Shown: positions 1 to 10,433 of the stretch, piece after piece
Numbering within the stretch: position 1 is the first letter of the stretch
Layout: each line of letters starts with the position of its first letter
Notes under the pieces: model-generated
Seen by the model: only the letters and a program-made list of their open reading frames with translations
What the model was told of the DNA's origin: nothing
Databases searched by the model: none
Position numbers and translations under genes: made by a program
NCBI GenBank assembly: GCA_031259845.1
Contig: JAIRKZ010000100.1
Location: forward strand, 809 to 64,808
Source: Tannerellaceae bacterium
Lineage (GTDB): Bacteria > Bacteroidota > Bacteroidia > Bacteroidales > Tannerellaceae
DNA length: 64,000 nt
Reading direction: 5' to 3'

Positions 1-1588
1 CGTTGAACCAGGCCTGGGGGAGCAGTTGCTTGCCGTTCCAGTTGCCTTTTTGCAGGATGAACAATCCCAGCTTGGCCATATCTTCCGTTTTGATATACAG
101 GCCCCAGCCTCCGGTGTTGATACCTTGCGGGCTTTCTTCCCATACGGCTCCGGTAATACCCAGCGGGCGGAACAGGCGGGGGTAGAGGTAGTCTGTCACC
201 TTCTGGCCCGTTACTTTCTGTATGATAGCGGAAAGCACGTATGTAGCCATGCTGTTGTATACGTAGAAGGAGCCGGGCCGATGTTCAAACGGGGCTGCGA
301 AGAATGCCTGGAGCCAGTCTGTATCGCCGCCTTCCCCCCTGTTCACGCGGGGCTCTGTGTCGTGTCCGGACGACATCATCAGCAGGTGGCGTACTTCCAG
401 GGCTTTCAGGTTGTCGTTCACCGTGGCGGGCATTTTATCGGGGAAGAAGTCCATCACCTTGTCGGTTACATTCAGTTTGCCTTCCGATACGGCAAAGCCT
501 GCTGCGGTGGCCGTATAGGTTTTGCTTACCGAGAACATTGCGTGCGGCTTGTCGGCGGCATGGCCGGCAAACCAATGCTCCGCCACCACTTTCCCGTTCC
601 TTACAATCATCAGGCTGTGTATCTCCTGCCCGCTTTTCTTTACGGCCTCCAGGTAGGCAGACAGGCCTTTGCCGTTTACCTTCTCTGCTGCCGGAGCGCT
701 GCGGGGGAGGGCTTTCGTGAGGTCGTTGTAGTTGATGAGCCTTACGCTCCTGTCTTTGATGGCTTGCTTTACCTTTTCGCTGGTGAATAAACCGGTGACG
801 CCCTGCCGGTCGTACAACACGTCTTCATAGCCCGTATGGCCGATTGTTTCCAGTTCGGCGCCGGGCAGGGCAGGGTGGTCGAGGAACATATAGGTATGGC
901 CGTCTTTCAGGCTGCTGAGCCGTTTGATAAAGGAGTCTTCTTTTTCCTGCGGGGTGCGCCTGGGGCCGTCGTACCCGATGTATTCAAAGGCATATTGGCC
1001 GGGGGCGTCTGTGCGGTCTACGGCCGGGAGGCTGTATTCTTCGCCCAGGCGTTTCACGAGCTTTACCACTTCGGGGTCGAACCCGGTGGAGAACATGTGT
1101 CCGGAAAGGTGGCTTATCTGCGGGATATTCTTCAAGCCCAGTTCTATTTGCGCCCGGAACTCCTGCTCTATTTCCTTTATATCCCATTTGTTTTCGAGGA
1201 TAGACTGGCCGGGGTAAGCTGCATTGGGGCTCATCATCGGGTAAAAGTAGCCGTTGGCGTCTGTAAGGCTGGGGCAGGGGGTGAGGGGGCGCCACTTCAT
1301 GTTTTCCCATTCGCTGGTAATGGTAAGGTGCAAGCCGGCGTCGAGCAGGGGATTCTCTTTCAGCATCTTCACCGCTTCGGGAAACCAGGGGGTAACTGCC
1401 ATTACTTCGGCCGAGGTGATGATGCCGTCTTTATACGTTTTGATGAAAGCTTCGTTTACGCAATGGAAAGCTCCCATATCGTCTGCGCGTACTATTAAGC
1501 GGGGGCCTGCCTGCTGTGCGGATAAAGAAAGGCCTGCTGCGCATAAAAGGCAACTGCCGAGCAGTTTTTTCGAACCATTTGTTTTCAT
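1..1588 (-). CDS. YdjC/ChbG-family carbohydrate deacetylase fused to a beta-lactamase-family serine hydrolase (3' end runs off the window)
   Basis: Not in the ORF track; hand translation from ATG 1588 is open to position 1: signal peptide MKTNGSKKLLGSCLLCAAGLSLSAQ, YdjC motifs LIVRADDMG, GLHLTITSEW, HLSGHM, FLDHP, then SVSK (SxxK), HLLMMSSG, YNS, GGWGLYIKTEDMAKLG. Confidence 0.88.
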   Translation of the reverse strand, partial: MKTNGSKKLLGSCLLCAAGLSLSAQQAGPRLIVRADDMGAFHCVNEAFIKTYKDGIITSAEVMAVTPWFPEAVKMLKENPLLDAGLHLTITSEWENMKWRPLTPCPSLTDANGYFYPMMSPNAAYPGQSILENKWDIKEIEQEFRAQIELGLKNIPQISHLSGHMFSTGFDPEVVKLVKRLGEEYSLPAVDRTDAPGQYAFEYIGYDGPRRTPQEKEDSFIKRLSSLKDGHTYMFLDHPALPGAELETIGHTGYEDVLYDRQGVTGLFTSEKVKQAIKDRSVRLINYNDLTKALPRSAPAAEKVNGKGLSAYLEAVKKSGQEIHSLMIVRNGKVVAEHWFAGHAADKPHAMFSVSKTYTATAAGFAVSEGKLNVTDKVMDFFPDKMPATVNDNLKALEVRHLLMMSSGHDTEPRVNRGEGGDTDWLQAFFAAPFEHRPGSFYVYNSMATYVLSAIIQKVTGQKVTDYLYPRLFRPLGITGAVWEESPQGINTGGWGLYIKTEDMAKLGLFILQKGNWNGKQLLPQAWFN

Positions 1589-1611
1589 GATAATCAGTGT
1601 TGTTATAGAGT

Positions 1612-3177
1612 TTACTGTAATCTGCCTTTTAATACGGGGGGAGCTTCGCGGGGCTGTTCGCTGTTGGCGAGGCTTATCTCTACCTCTCCCTCGCGGAAGG
1701 AGCAACTGCAGGTTTCGGCCGACGTATCGTTCAGGAACAGCAGGCGAAGCTCCAGTTGGTTTGCCGCCGTCCAACTGCCATATCCGGCCACGGTAAGGGG
1801 AAGCATCCCTGCCGGGTTTCTCCGTGGATTCAGGAAGTACGGGCTTAACCTTTCCGTTTCGCCATACCGCCATCCATCTTGCCCGTAAAGGAAGGAAGAA
1901 GTCCCCTTATCGTCTGTGAACGAGAAGAGGCAATCGCCCTCTGCGTTAAAGCTGAACGATACGTTCTTTATTTGCCGCTCATTAGGCTCCATGGCGAAGG
2001 AACGTACCGTTTCTTTGGCTATGGGCAGGTATTCGTCCGTGCGGAACGGGTCTGGTATTTGCAGGGAAGCGAGTTTGGAGACGAGCATATCGTTTGCTTC
2101 GCGGTTTTCCTTCAGGGGCCTGTTCATAATGGAGGGGAATATATGTTCCCATATCAGCGACAATACTTTCTGTGCGTCTTGAACGCGCGCGGTTATGGCA
2201 ATCACGGCGTCCTGGTCGGGCATCACGATGATGAACTGCCCGTTAGCGCCGTCGGCCCGGAAGGCATTGTGCGTGCAGCGCCATATCTGATACGCATAGC
2301 CTTGCGCCCATTCGTCGTACATTTCCTGCTCAAACGTAGGATTGTCTGCCTGGTAGATGTGTACGGACGTGGCTTCCTTTATCCATGCTTCGGGGAGGAG
2401 GCGCTTTTTATTCCACTTCCCCTTCTGTAGATAAAGCTGGCCGAGTTTGGCCATATCAGCCGTCTTGATGCGCATCCCCCAGCCTCCGGCGGATATGCCC
2501 TGCGCGCCTTCTTCCCCTTTTATGCCTGTGATGCCCAGCGGCTCGAACAGCCGGGGGGCGAGGTATTCCATTACCGTGGCGCCGCTCGCCTTTTGCAGGA
2601 TGGCGGACAGCATATAAGAGGCATACGAGCTGTATTGGAAAACTGTTCCCGGTTCGTTCGCTACCGGCGTTTCCAGAAACGACCGCACCCAGTTGGCGTC
2701 TGACATATAGAATTCGGGCGCTGCCTCGTGCCCGGCCGTCATGGTAAGTAAATGCTTTATGGCGAGCTTTTCAAGGCCGGGCGATACCGCCTGGGGTAAT
2801 TCACCGGGGAAAAAGGAAATCACCTTGCTGTCTACCGTAAGCAACTTTTCTTTTACGGCAAACCCGATAGCCGTAGACGTAAACGTTTTGCTCACCGAGT
2901 GTATGATATGGGTAAGGGCGGGCTTGTAGGGATACCACCATCCTTCGGCAATCACCTTATTATGGCGCAGGAACATGAAACTGTGTAACTCTAACCCGTG
3001 ATTGTCTACCTCTTCAAGGAAATCGGTGATACCATGGGAATAGACCCCTTCATTTTCGGGAACGCTTCGGCGCATGCCGTCGCCATAACGACTGGGCTCC
3101 GGCCGGACACACGACGTAATAACCAATGATGCTAACAGGAATGAAAATAGCGACAAATGCTTCATGGACGACTTCAT
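1612..3177 (-). CDS. beta-lactamase-family (class C-like) serine hydrolase, lipoprotein, with C-terminal extension
   Basis: Lipobox ITSC, SVSK motif, HLLTMTAG, YSS, GGWGM..TADMAKLGQLYLQKG, ADGANGQ. Confidence 0.85.
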   Translation of the reverse strand: MKSSMKHLSLFSFLLASLVITSCVRPEPSRYGDGMRRSVPENEGVYSHGITDFLEEVDNHGLELHSFMFLRHNKVIAEGWWYPYKPALTHIIHSVSKTFTSTAIGFAVKEKLLTVDSKVISFFPGELPQAVSPGLEKLAIKHLLTMTAGHEAAPEFYMSDANWVRSFLETPVANEPGTVFQYSSYASYMLSAILQKASGATVMEYLAPRLFEPLGITGIKGEEGAQGISAGGWGMRIKTADMAKLGQLYLQKGKWNKKRLLPEAWIKEATSVHIYQADNPTFEQEMYDEWAQGYAYQIWRCTHNAFRADGANGQFIIVMPDQDAVIAITARVQDAQKVLSLIWEHIFPSIMNRPLKENREANDMLVSKLASLQIPDPFRTDEYLPIAKETVRSFAMEPNERQIKNVSFSFNAEGDCLFSFTDDKGTSSFLYGQDGWRYGETERLSPYFLNPRRNPAGMLPLTVAGYGSWTAANQLELRLLFLNDTSAETCSCSFREGEVEISLANSEQPREAPPVLKGRLQ

Positions 3178-3333
3178 ACGTGGAAAGATTTAAAAATTAG
3201 TTTTACAAAGCTACTCATACTTTGGGATATACAATGCAAAAGGGTGTTGTTTTCATAACGAATTATTTACGTCGTTATCGTCCGGGTCAGACAAGGGAAC
3301 GGCAACGTTTAAAGTCGCCAGGAAGTAAGCAGC

Positions 3334-3380
3334 AAACAAAAACGTCCGGCTACCGCATCGGTGGCCGGACGTTTTTGTTT
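3334..3380. terminator. intrinsic terminator hairpin downstream of ompH (potentially bidirectional)
   Basis: AAACAAAAACGTCCGGCTACCG...CGGTGGCCGGACGTTTTTGTTT near-perfect inverted repeat. Confidence 0.8.
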
Positions 3381-3400
3381 CAGGAGGCATCTCTATTCTT

Positions 3401-4009
3401 TTATTTTACCGAAGGAGAATAGTTCTTGTTTAAGTAGGAAAGGATTTCGCCTGTGATATTATATGCTTCGTCGGCCAGCAGGATTACGTCTGTAGAGCGG
3501 CTACTGAATATAATTTGGTATCTCTTATCCTTATTGTAAACTTTCAATTGGGCAAGTAAGGAGTCGCGTAACTGTTCGGTCAGTTTTTGTTGTTCCTCCA
3601 TTAATTCTTTGGCTAAGCGGTTGTCTAACTCCTGTAATTCCTGTTGTTTCCGCATCAAACGTTGTTGCTCCTGCTGGGCGCGTTCGGTGGTAAGGAATGC
3701 GTTATTGTTCCACTTGCGTTCAAAGTCTTGTATCTCTGTTTGCAGTTTGTTTGCTTGCTGGTTAATGTTAGCGCGTGAATTTTCCTGCTTCTTCATAATT
3801 ACTTCAAGCAAGTCGTTGTAATAATTGTAATTCAGGAGCAGGGAGTCCATGTCTACGTATGCCACAGGCAACAGGCTGGTGGAATCTCCTTCGGATGTAA
3901 ACGCAGTCCTCTCTGTTTTAGGTTCTTTTTTCCCGGCAAACTGCATGATAAATAAAATAACAACAGCAACGGCAAGTACACCGCTAATCACGTAGTTAAT
4001 GTTCTTCAT
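3401..4009 (-). CDS. OmpH/Skp family outer-membrane protein chaperone
   Basis: N-terminal TM segment, VAYVDMDSLLLNY, Q/E/K-rich coiled coil, C-terminal ILLADEAYNITGEILSYLN. Confidence 0.88.
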   Translation of the reverse strand: MKNINYVISGVLAVAVVILFIMQFAGKKEPKTERTAFTSEGDSTSLLPVAYVDMDSLLLNYNYYNDLLEVIMKKQENSRANINQQANKLQTEIQDFERKWNNNAFLTTERAQQEQQRLMRKQQELQELDNRLAKELMEEQQKLTEQLRDSLLAQLKVYNKDKRYQIIFSSRSTDVILLADEAYNITGEILSYLNKNYSPSVK

Positions 4010-4032
4010 AAAGTGAAAATTTAATCATTATA

Positions 4033-4251
4033 TTATATTCCTATTTCTTTCAACCGTTCTTCCAGATTCCTGTGAGCCAATGTTTCGCGATACTGCGTTT
4101 TGGCGCAATGGATTCCTTTCCTGCTCAAGGCTTTATTGCCTCCTGCGTGTGTATTGGGAAATTCTCCCCCCTTTTTTAACAGTATCTTTACGGAGAGTAA
4201 TACCACACAAACAAGAATAATTATGATAGTCAACAATAACGTTGTAAGCAT
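4033..4251 (-). CDS. small conserved Bacteroidales membrane protein
   Basis: Single hydrophobic helix then FPNTHAGGNKAL..KGIHCAKTQ; co-oriented directly upstream of ompH. Confidence 0.7.
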   Translation of the reverse strand: MLTTLLLTIIIILVCVVLLSVKILLKKGGEFPNTHAGGNKALSRKGIHCAKTQYRETLAHRNLEERLKEIGI

Positions 4252-4401
4252 TTTCTTTTATATTTGTGGACGCAAATATAAGAGTTTAACTGATTATATG
4301 ATACCTTTTCGGTATAATATTCTACTTTTTTTAAATGCTGGCTTTATATATTGCCTGTTTATTAACGTAAAGTACTAACATCTATTAAAACAATAACCAT
4401 C

Positions 4402-5859
4402 ATGGACATCACAAATTTAACACCCGGAATCGTATGGAAATTCTTCCATCGGATTACACAAGTACCACGACCGTCAAAAAAAGAAGAGGAAATAATCCGC
4501 TACCTCGAATCATTCGCCAAAGACTACGGCATTGCTATTAAAAAGGATAAAGCGGGAAATATCCTTATGTCTAAACCGGCAACGAAAGGATACGAAGCGC
4601 TTCCTGCCGTTATCTTACAGTCTCACATGGATATGGTGTGCGAGAAGAACAGCGATAGCGTATTCGATTTTGAAAAGGATGCGATCCGGACAGTGGTAGA
4701 CGGAGACTGGCTCCGCGCCGACGGTACTACATTAGGCGCCGACAATGGCATCGGAATGGCAGCCCAGCTGGCTATACTTGCTTCAAACGATATAGAACAC
4801 GGCCCTGTAGAATGCCTTTTTACCGTAGATGAAGAAACCGGATTAACCGGAGCCAGGGAATTGGAACCCGGATTTATGACCGGGCGGATACTTCTTAACC
4901 TTGATAGCGAAGACGAAGGCGAATTATTCATTGGCTGCGCCGGAGGAAAAGATACACAAGGCGTCTTATATTACGAACAAACTCCCGCGCCCGCAGATTT
5001 ACAGTATTTCCGCATCGATGTAAAAGGGCTTAGGGGAGGACATTCGGGAGGCGACATCCATAAAGGACTGGGCAATGCCAATAAGCTGTTAATCCGTTTT
5101 CTCTATATCCTGAAAAAGAATGTTGATTTTACCCTCTGCTCTATCAACGGAGGCAATCTGCGTAATGCCATTGCCAGGGAAGCAAACGTTGTTATCGGCT
5201 TGAAGCCGGGCGACAAAGAAGAAGTCTGCGCCATGCTCAACCGCTTTATTGCAGATGTGGAAAACGAATTGAAACATGCCGACCCGGATGTCCGGATAAC
5301 CATGCAATCTGCGGATAAACCTGCAACATGTATCGCCCCTGCAATTGTAGAGAAACTTATCTATGCCGTTCACGCTTGCCCGCACGGAGTAATCGCCATG
5401 AGTCATAACATTGAGGGATTGGTAGAAACGTCTACCAACCTGGCTTCGGTTAAAATGAAAGATGACGACAAAATAGTGATAGGTACAAGCCAGCGCAGTT
5501 CTATTGAGTCGAGCAAAGAAGCGATAGCGAACCAGGTAGCTTCCGTATTCTTGCTGGCCAATGCCGAAGTTACGCAAGGCGACGGTTATCCGGGATGGGC
5601 GCCAAACCCGGACTCCGCCCTGTTAAAAGCGGCGGTGGATAGTTATAAAAGGCTATTTAATAAAGAACCGAAAGTGATGGCTATCCATGCCGGGCTTGAA
5701 TGTGGGCTGTTTCTTGAAAAATATCCTTACCTGGATATGATCTCTTTTGGCCCTACCTTGCGCGATGTTCATTCGCCTAACGAACGGATACAGATTCGTA
5801 CCGTGGGCTTGTGGTGGGAACATCTGCTTGATCTGTTAAAGAATATTCCGGCAAAATAA
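4402..5859 (+). CDS. pepD: aminoacyl-histidine dipeptidase (M20C)
   Basis: VPRPSKKE, LQSHMDMV, TTLGADNGIG, TVDEETG, NLDSED, GGHSG, HAGLECG, VHSPNE. Confidence 0.95.
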   Translation: MDITNLTPGIVWKFFHRITQVPRPSKKEEEIIRYLESFAKDYGIAIKKDKAGNILMSKPATKGYEALPAVILQSHMDMVCEKNSDSVFDFEKDAIRTVVDGDWLRADGTTLGADNGIGMAAQLAILASNDIEHGPVECLFTVDEETGLTGARELEPGFMTGRILLNLDSEDEGELFIGCAGGKDTQGVLYYEQTPAPADLQYFRIDVKGLRGGHSGGDIHKGLGNANKLLIRFLYILKKNVDFTLCSINGGNLRNAIAREANVVIGLKPGDKEEVCAMLNRFIADVENELKHADPDVRITMQSADKPATCIAPAIVEKLIYAVHACPHGVIAMSHNIEGLVETSTNLASVKMKDDDKIVIGTSQRSSIESSKEAIANQVASVFLLANAEVTQGDGYPGWAPNPDSALLKAAVDSYKRLFNKEPKVMAIHAGLECGLFLEKYPYLDMISFGPTLRDVHSPNERIQIRTVGLWWEHLLDLLKNIPAK

Positions 5860-5879
5860 AAGTTTACTTCCTGCGTTAT

Positions 5880-5925
5880 AAAAAGAGGATGAACCCTGGA
5901 TAAAACCGGTTTTTCCTCTTTTTTT
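5880..5925 (+). terminator. probable intrinsic terminator after pepD
   Basis: AAAAAGAGGA...TCCTCTTTTTTT inverted repeat with T-tract. Confidence 0.6.
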
Positions 5926-5941
5926 ATCAGCATCAGTAGAA

Positions 5942-7471
5942 ATGAACAAAACGATTGTCTTTATATTTACAAGTATCATTGCGCTATCCGGGTGTTTTTC
6001 GGCCTGTAACGATTTGAATGATGATTATTCTACCAACCCGTACCTGCGGCTTGGCTTTTCGGTAGATACGCTTACGTTCGATACCGTATTTACTGCGATT
6101 GGTTCGGCAACTCTTCCGTTTATGGTTTATAATACAAATAAAGAATCGCTTAATATTGAATCTATCCGGCTGGCAAATGCGGAAAATACGAATTTCCGTA
6201 TAAATGTAGACGGGCGTAGCGGTGAAGCATTTTCCGGCATTCGTATCCTTGGCAAAGACAGTATGTATGTCTTCATAGAAGTAACCGTAGACCCAACCGG
6301 GAGCGACGAGCCGTTATTAATTGAAGACCATCTGGAGTTTACCACAAACGGAGTAAAACAAACCGTATTATTACAAGCCTACGGACAAGACGCTAACCTT
6401 ATCAGGGGAGGATTCATCTTCTGCAAAGATACAACCCTCCCGGCTAAACGCCCCTACCTTATATATGATAGTATAACGATTGCCGCAAATGTTACCGTGT
6501 CTGTTGAAAAAGGGGCTTCCTTTTATATGCACGATAAAGCCAAATGGATCATATACGGAACTGTAAATATAGCCGGCGCCCTGGAAGAACCGGTTACGTT
6601 CCGGGGAGACAGGCTCGACGATATCGTGACCGATACCCCTTATGATCGTATATCCGGATTATGGGACGGGCTTTATTTTAAAGCGGAGAGTTTCGGCAAT
6701 TCGATGGATTATGTTATTGTTAAAAACAGCGTTGCAGGAATCGTTTGCGAAGAATCAACTCCCGAACGCCCTAAACTTGCCATTGCTAATTCTCAAATCA
6801 CTAATTCTTCGGGGAATATTTTCCACGCCGTCAATTGTCATATAGAGGCTTCCAATACGGAGTTCAGCAATGCACAAAAAGGATTGGTATCTTTACAGGG
6901 GGGCGAGTACCACTTCGTTCATTGTACGCTTGTCAATCAATACAAGCTCGGCAGGGGGAGGAACGTACAACAGCCGGCGCTTACTCTGGCAAATTATATT
7001 ATTAACCCTGAGAAAAAAACGGAAACAAAAAATGTAGCCTTAAAGAAAGCTACGTTTGATAATTGTATCATCGACGGAAGCTACCCCGAAGGAACTGAAG
7101 AGCTGAAAGGGGAAATACTCATCGATAAAAAAGAGGATGAGTTTAATTTCCTCTTTAACCACTGCGCCGTTAAAACCAAAAAGACAACGAATGTGGGCTT
7201 TACCGGCGTTCAATTTATCACGAAAGACTATTTTCCCCAATATAAATCCACCGGCAACGAAGCCAACTATTACTTCTATGATTTCCGCCCCGGGATAAAC
7301 AAGGACAAGGACGATAAACCGGAAAAGGAACAGCCGGTTATCGGCAGGGCAGACCCTCTCGTTGCCGGAAAATATCCATTCGACCGCTTTGGCGTTAATC
7401 GCCTCACAAGCGAAGACGGGCCCGACATTGGAGCCTGCGAATACGTGGCCGAACCGGAAAAGGAAGAATAA
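5942..7471 (+). CDS. conserved Bacteroidales lipoprotein with probable beta-helix region
   Basis: Lipoprotein signal (FSAC), FSVDTLTFDTVFT, PVTFRGDRLD, repetitive N/I/S beta-helix-like stretch, C-terminal PDIGACEY. Confidence 0.7.
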   Translation: MNKTIVFIFTSIIALSGCFSACNDLNDDYSTNPYLRLGFSVDTLTFDTVFTAIGSATLPFMVYNTNKESLNIESIRLANAENTNFRINVDGRSGEAFSGIRILGKDSMYVFIEVTVDPTGSDEPLLIEDHLEFTTNGVKQTVLLQAYGQDANLIRGGFIFCKDTTLPAKRPYLIYDSITIAANVTVSVEKGASFYMHDKAKWIIYGTVNIAGALEEPVTFRGDRLDDIVTDTPYDRISGLWDGLYFKAESFGNSMDYVIVKNSVAGIVCEESTPERPKLAIANSQITNSSGNIFHAVNCHIEASNTEFSNAQKGLVSLQGGEYHFVHCTLVNQYKLGRGRNVQQPALTLANYIINPEKKTETKNVALKKATFDNCIIDGSYPEGTEELKGEILIDKKEDEFNFLFNHCAVKTKKTTNVGFTGVQFITKDYFPQYKSTGNEANYYFYDFRPGINKDKDDKPEKEQPVIGRADPLVAGKYPFDRFGVNRLTSEDGPDIGACEYVAEPEKEE

Positions 7472-7481
7472 GAAACCCTCT

Positions 7482-8465
7482 ATGCGAAAGGCTTTAACCA
7501 TACTGACTCTCTTTTTATTTTTCCTGCCGGAGATAAACAGCCAGACTTTATTCCGCGTAATGAGTTATAATGTAGAGAACCTTTTCGATACGGAAGACAA
7601 TCCGGCAACGGACGACCAGGAGTTTCTTCCGTCGGGCGGCAGGCGATGGAATAATAAACGTTATTACCATAAACTTCAGCAAATAGCCAAAGTAATTGCC
7701 GCGGCGGGCGAGTGGGACACCCCCGCCCTCGTTGGCCTGTGTGAAGTAGAGAACGATACGGCAGTCACCCATCTCCTTCGGAAAACGCCTCTGTATATCC
7801 AACAGTATCAATACTGTATATCGAATAGTTCAGACAGGCGCGGTATTAATGTAGCTCTGCTTTATCAGAGGGATAAATTCCGTTACCTGAATCATCATTC
7901 CATACCGGTTAGCCATCGCAGGAAAAATACACGTACGGCGCGCGATATACTGCATGTATCAGGGGAAGTTCTTTCAGGAGATACCCTCGATGTAATTATT
8001 TGCCATTTCCCATCCAAATACGGAGGCGAAAAAGAGAGCGAGACGCGTCGTATGGATGCAGCGATGGCATTACGCAAACTCTGTGATTCGCTGATACGGG
8101 TTCGTTCCTGTCCGTTGATTATAGCAATGGGCGATTTCAATGACTTGCCCGGTAGCCGTTGTATGAAACTTATCACTGAAAATAACTTGCAAAATCTGTT
8201 CGCCGATGGGAAAGGCAGTCATAAATACCATGGTGAATGGAGCCAGTTAGACCAGATGATTATTCACCGTTCCATGTTATCATCCAAAACAGGAATGAAA
8301 CTTGTCCCCGGAAGTACACGAAACTTTTCACCTTCCTTTTTGCTTACCAAAGATAAAACGTGGCGGGGAATCCGGCCTCGCCGCACGTATTACGGATATA
8401 AATATGAGGCGGGATATAGCGACCATTTGCCTGTGCTGGCGGATTTCTTGTTATATTTGCCTTAG
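7482..8465 (+). CDS. endonuclease/exonuclease/phosphatase (EEP) family protein
   Basis: Start moved to ATG 7482 (signal peptide MRKALTIL); SYNVENLFD, GLCEVEN, HFPS, MGDFND, LDQM, YSDHLPV. Confidence 0.9.
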   Translation: MRKALTILTLFLFFLPEINSQTLFRVMSYNVENLFDTEDNPATDDQEFLPSGGRRWNNKRYYHKLQQIAKVIAAAGEWDTPALVGLCEVENDTAVTHLLRKTPLYIQQYQYCISNSSDRRGINVALLYQRDKFRYLNHHSIPVSHRRKNTRTARDILHVSGEVLSGDTLDVIICHFPSKYGGEKESETRRMDAAMALRKLCDSLIRVRSCPLIIAMGDFNDLPGSRCMKLITENNLQNLFADGKGSHKYHGEWSQLDQMIIHRSMLSSKTGMKLVPGSTRNFSPSFLLTKDKTWRGIRPRRTYYGYKYEAGYSDHLPVLADFLLYLP

Positions 8466-8484
8466 AAAAAGAAACAAGAACTCT

Positions 8485-10194
8485 ATGCGTCATTATCTTA
8501 TTACTGTCATTCTTCTCATTACCTGCTTATTGGCGGGTGGCTTAAACGTCGCCTCCCAAAGCCGGCAACTGCGTAATCCGTTCAATTTCCCTGTCTTACT
8601 AAGCGGTAACTTCGGCGAATTACGGAGTAATCATTTCCATGCAGGCATTGATTTCAAGACGCAGGGGGTGGAGGGTAAAACGGTTTATGCCGTAAAAGAC
8701 GGGTTTGTATCGCGTATCTCCGTTAGCCCGTGGGGATATGGTAACGCTTTATATATCAACCACCCCGACGGAACGACTACCGTGTATGGCCATTTGAAGG
8801 CGTTTACCGATACAATCGCTGCCTATGTGAGAAACAATCAATACGAACAGGAGAGTTTTCCCGTAGACCTTATCCCCGAAACAGACCGTTTTCCCGTAAA
8901 TGAAGGAGATATCATTGCCTTGAGCGGTAATACGGGCAGTTCGGGAGGACCTCATCTGCATTTTGAAGTGCGCGATACCGAATCCGACGAAGTGATAGAC
9001 CCGCTTGATTATTATAAAGAACGGATAACAGACAGGAGAGCGCCTAAAATCTTAGGTGTTATGGCCTGCCCGATAGAAGGAAAGGGTGTAATAAACGGAA
9101 GCGGAAACAAAAAGGAATTGAAATTGATAACAGCCAAAAACGGGCAGCAAACCGTGGCAGGGAAAACAGAAGCATGGGGCGATATTGCATTTGCCGTAAA
9201 GGGTTACGACTACATGGACGGAACAGGCAATATTTATGGCGTACGGAAAATAACGTTAAAGGCAGACAGCCAGTTCGTATTTAAAAGCGATATAAACCGC
9301 TTTTCGTATGATGAAACCCGGTACATGAATAGTTTCACGGATTATGAAGAATGGATGGAAAGGCGTTCCTTTTACATGAAGAGTTTTGTAGAACCGGGTA
9401 ACAAACTCCGTTTTATTGAGAGTGCAAACAGAGGGATTATCTCCATAAACGAAGAGCGAACCTATCATTTGGCGTATCAACTGGAAGATGGATTCGGTAA
9501 TAAAACGCAGCTTTCGGTTTGGATAGACGGTAAAGAACAACCCATCCCTGCCCCGCAAACGGATGGCAGACACTATTTTCATTGGAAAAGTGAAAACAAG
9601 TTTGGAGCGAAAGGCATTCGCCTGACGATTCCTGCCGGTAATCTATACGACGACGTCTATTTCCGTTATTCGGTGAAGGAAGACGACAGCACAGCGCTGG
9701 CGCCTATACATATATTACACGACCGCCCGGTAGCCCTGCATAAGCAGGCCCAATTGTCGATACGCCTGCAGAAAGACCCGCTTGAAAACAAACGGCAATA
9801 CGGGATTGTACGGCGGCAAAACAAACGTCTTTCATGGATTGGCGGCACATACCGGAATGGCTGGGTAGATGCCGATATTCGCGAGTTAGGAAGTTTTACC
9901 GTCGCACGGGATACGGTTCCGCCGGTCATTACTCCCGTAAATCCTGCCGCCTGGACAGCCGCCCAATCTATTACATTACGTATCACCGACAACCTTAGCG
10001 GCATAAAATCATACAGGGGCGAAATAGACGGACGGTTTGTCCTTTTTGAATTAGACGGCAAAAAAGGCCTCGTAACATACCACTTCGACAGGAAACGTTT
10101 ATCCAAAGGAGCCCACAAACTCATTTTCACCCTCACAGACGCTTGTGATAATGTGGCGGTTTATTCTAAGGAATTAAAGGAGCCAGGTAGTTAG
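8485..10194 (+). CDS. M23 family metallopeptidase
   Basis: Start moved to ATG 8485; GNFGELRSNHFHAGIDF (HxxxD), YGHL, GNTGSSGGPHLHFE (HxH). Confidence 0.9.
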   Translation: MRHYLITVILLITCLLAGGLNVASQSRQLRNPFNFPVLLSGNFGELRSNHFHAGIDFKTQGVEGKTVYAVKDGFVSRISVSPWGYGNALYINHPDGTTTVYGHLKAFTDTIAAYVRNNQYEQESFPVDLIPETDRFPVNEGDIIALSGNTGSSGGPHLHFEVRDTESDEVIDPLDYYKERITDRRAPKILGVMACPIEGKGVINGSGNKKELKLITAKNGQQTVAGKTEAWGDIAFAVKGYDYMDGTGNIYGVRKITLKADSQFVFKSDINRFSYDETRYMNSFTDYEEWMERRSFYMKSFVEPGNKLRFIESANRGIISINEERTYHLAYQLEDGFGNKTQLSVWIDGKEQPIPAPQTDGRHYFHWKSENKFGAKGIRLTIPAGNLYDDVYFRYSVKEDDSTALAPIHILHDRPVALHKQAQLSIRLQKDPLENKRQYGIVRRQNKRLSWIGGTYRNGWVDADIRELGSFTVARDTVPPVITPVNPAAWTAAQSITLRITDNLSGIKSYRGEIDGRFVLFELDGKKGLVTYHFDRKRLSKGAHKLIFTLTDACDNVAVYSKELKEPGS

Positions 10195-10433
10195 TGTAAA
10201 AATAATCATCCGGCTTAAATCCAGGCATCGCGGATGCCTCGCTAATTGAAGTGATGTGTTCATTTCTGTGCATTTTAACATATAACCGTACCAATCCGTT
10301 CGATAAATCAGCCCCCTGTTGATTCGTTTTTTTCATGAGAAAATAAATTTCATCGAATATATTATTGTGAAAACCTTTATTTATCAGGTTTTCCAGGCGC
10401 GTTCCCTCTTTCCTGCTATTTTCTTTTATATAG

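Noticed and set aside
26-1498. Long plus-strand ORFs 26-790 and 836-1498
   Set aside because: Antisense shadows of the real minus-strand YdjC/serine-hydrolase gene; no motifs of their own.
1612-3177. Antibiotic-resistance beta-lactamase
   Set aside because: SxxK fold only; the family is mostly esterases and amidases, and nothing here shows beta-lactam specificity.
10267-10280. NifA upstream activator site
   Set aside because: TGT-N8-ACA, not the canonical TGT-N10-ACA.
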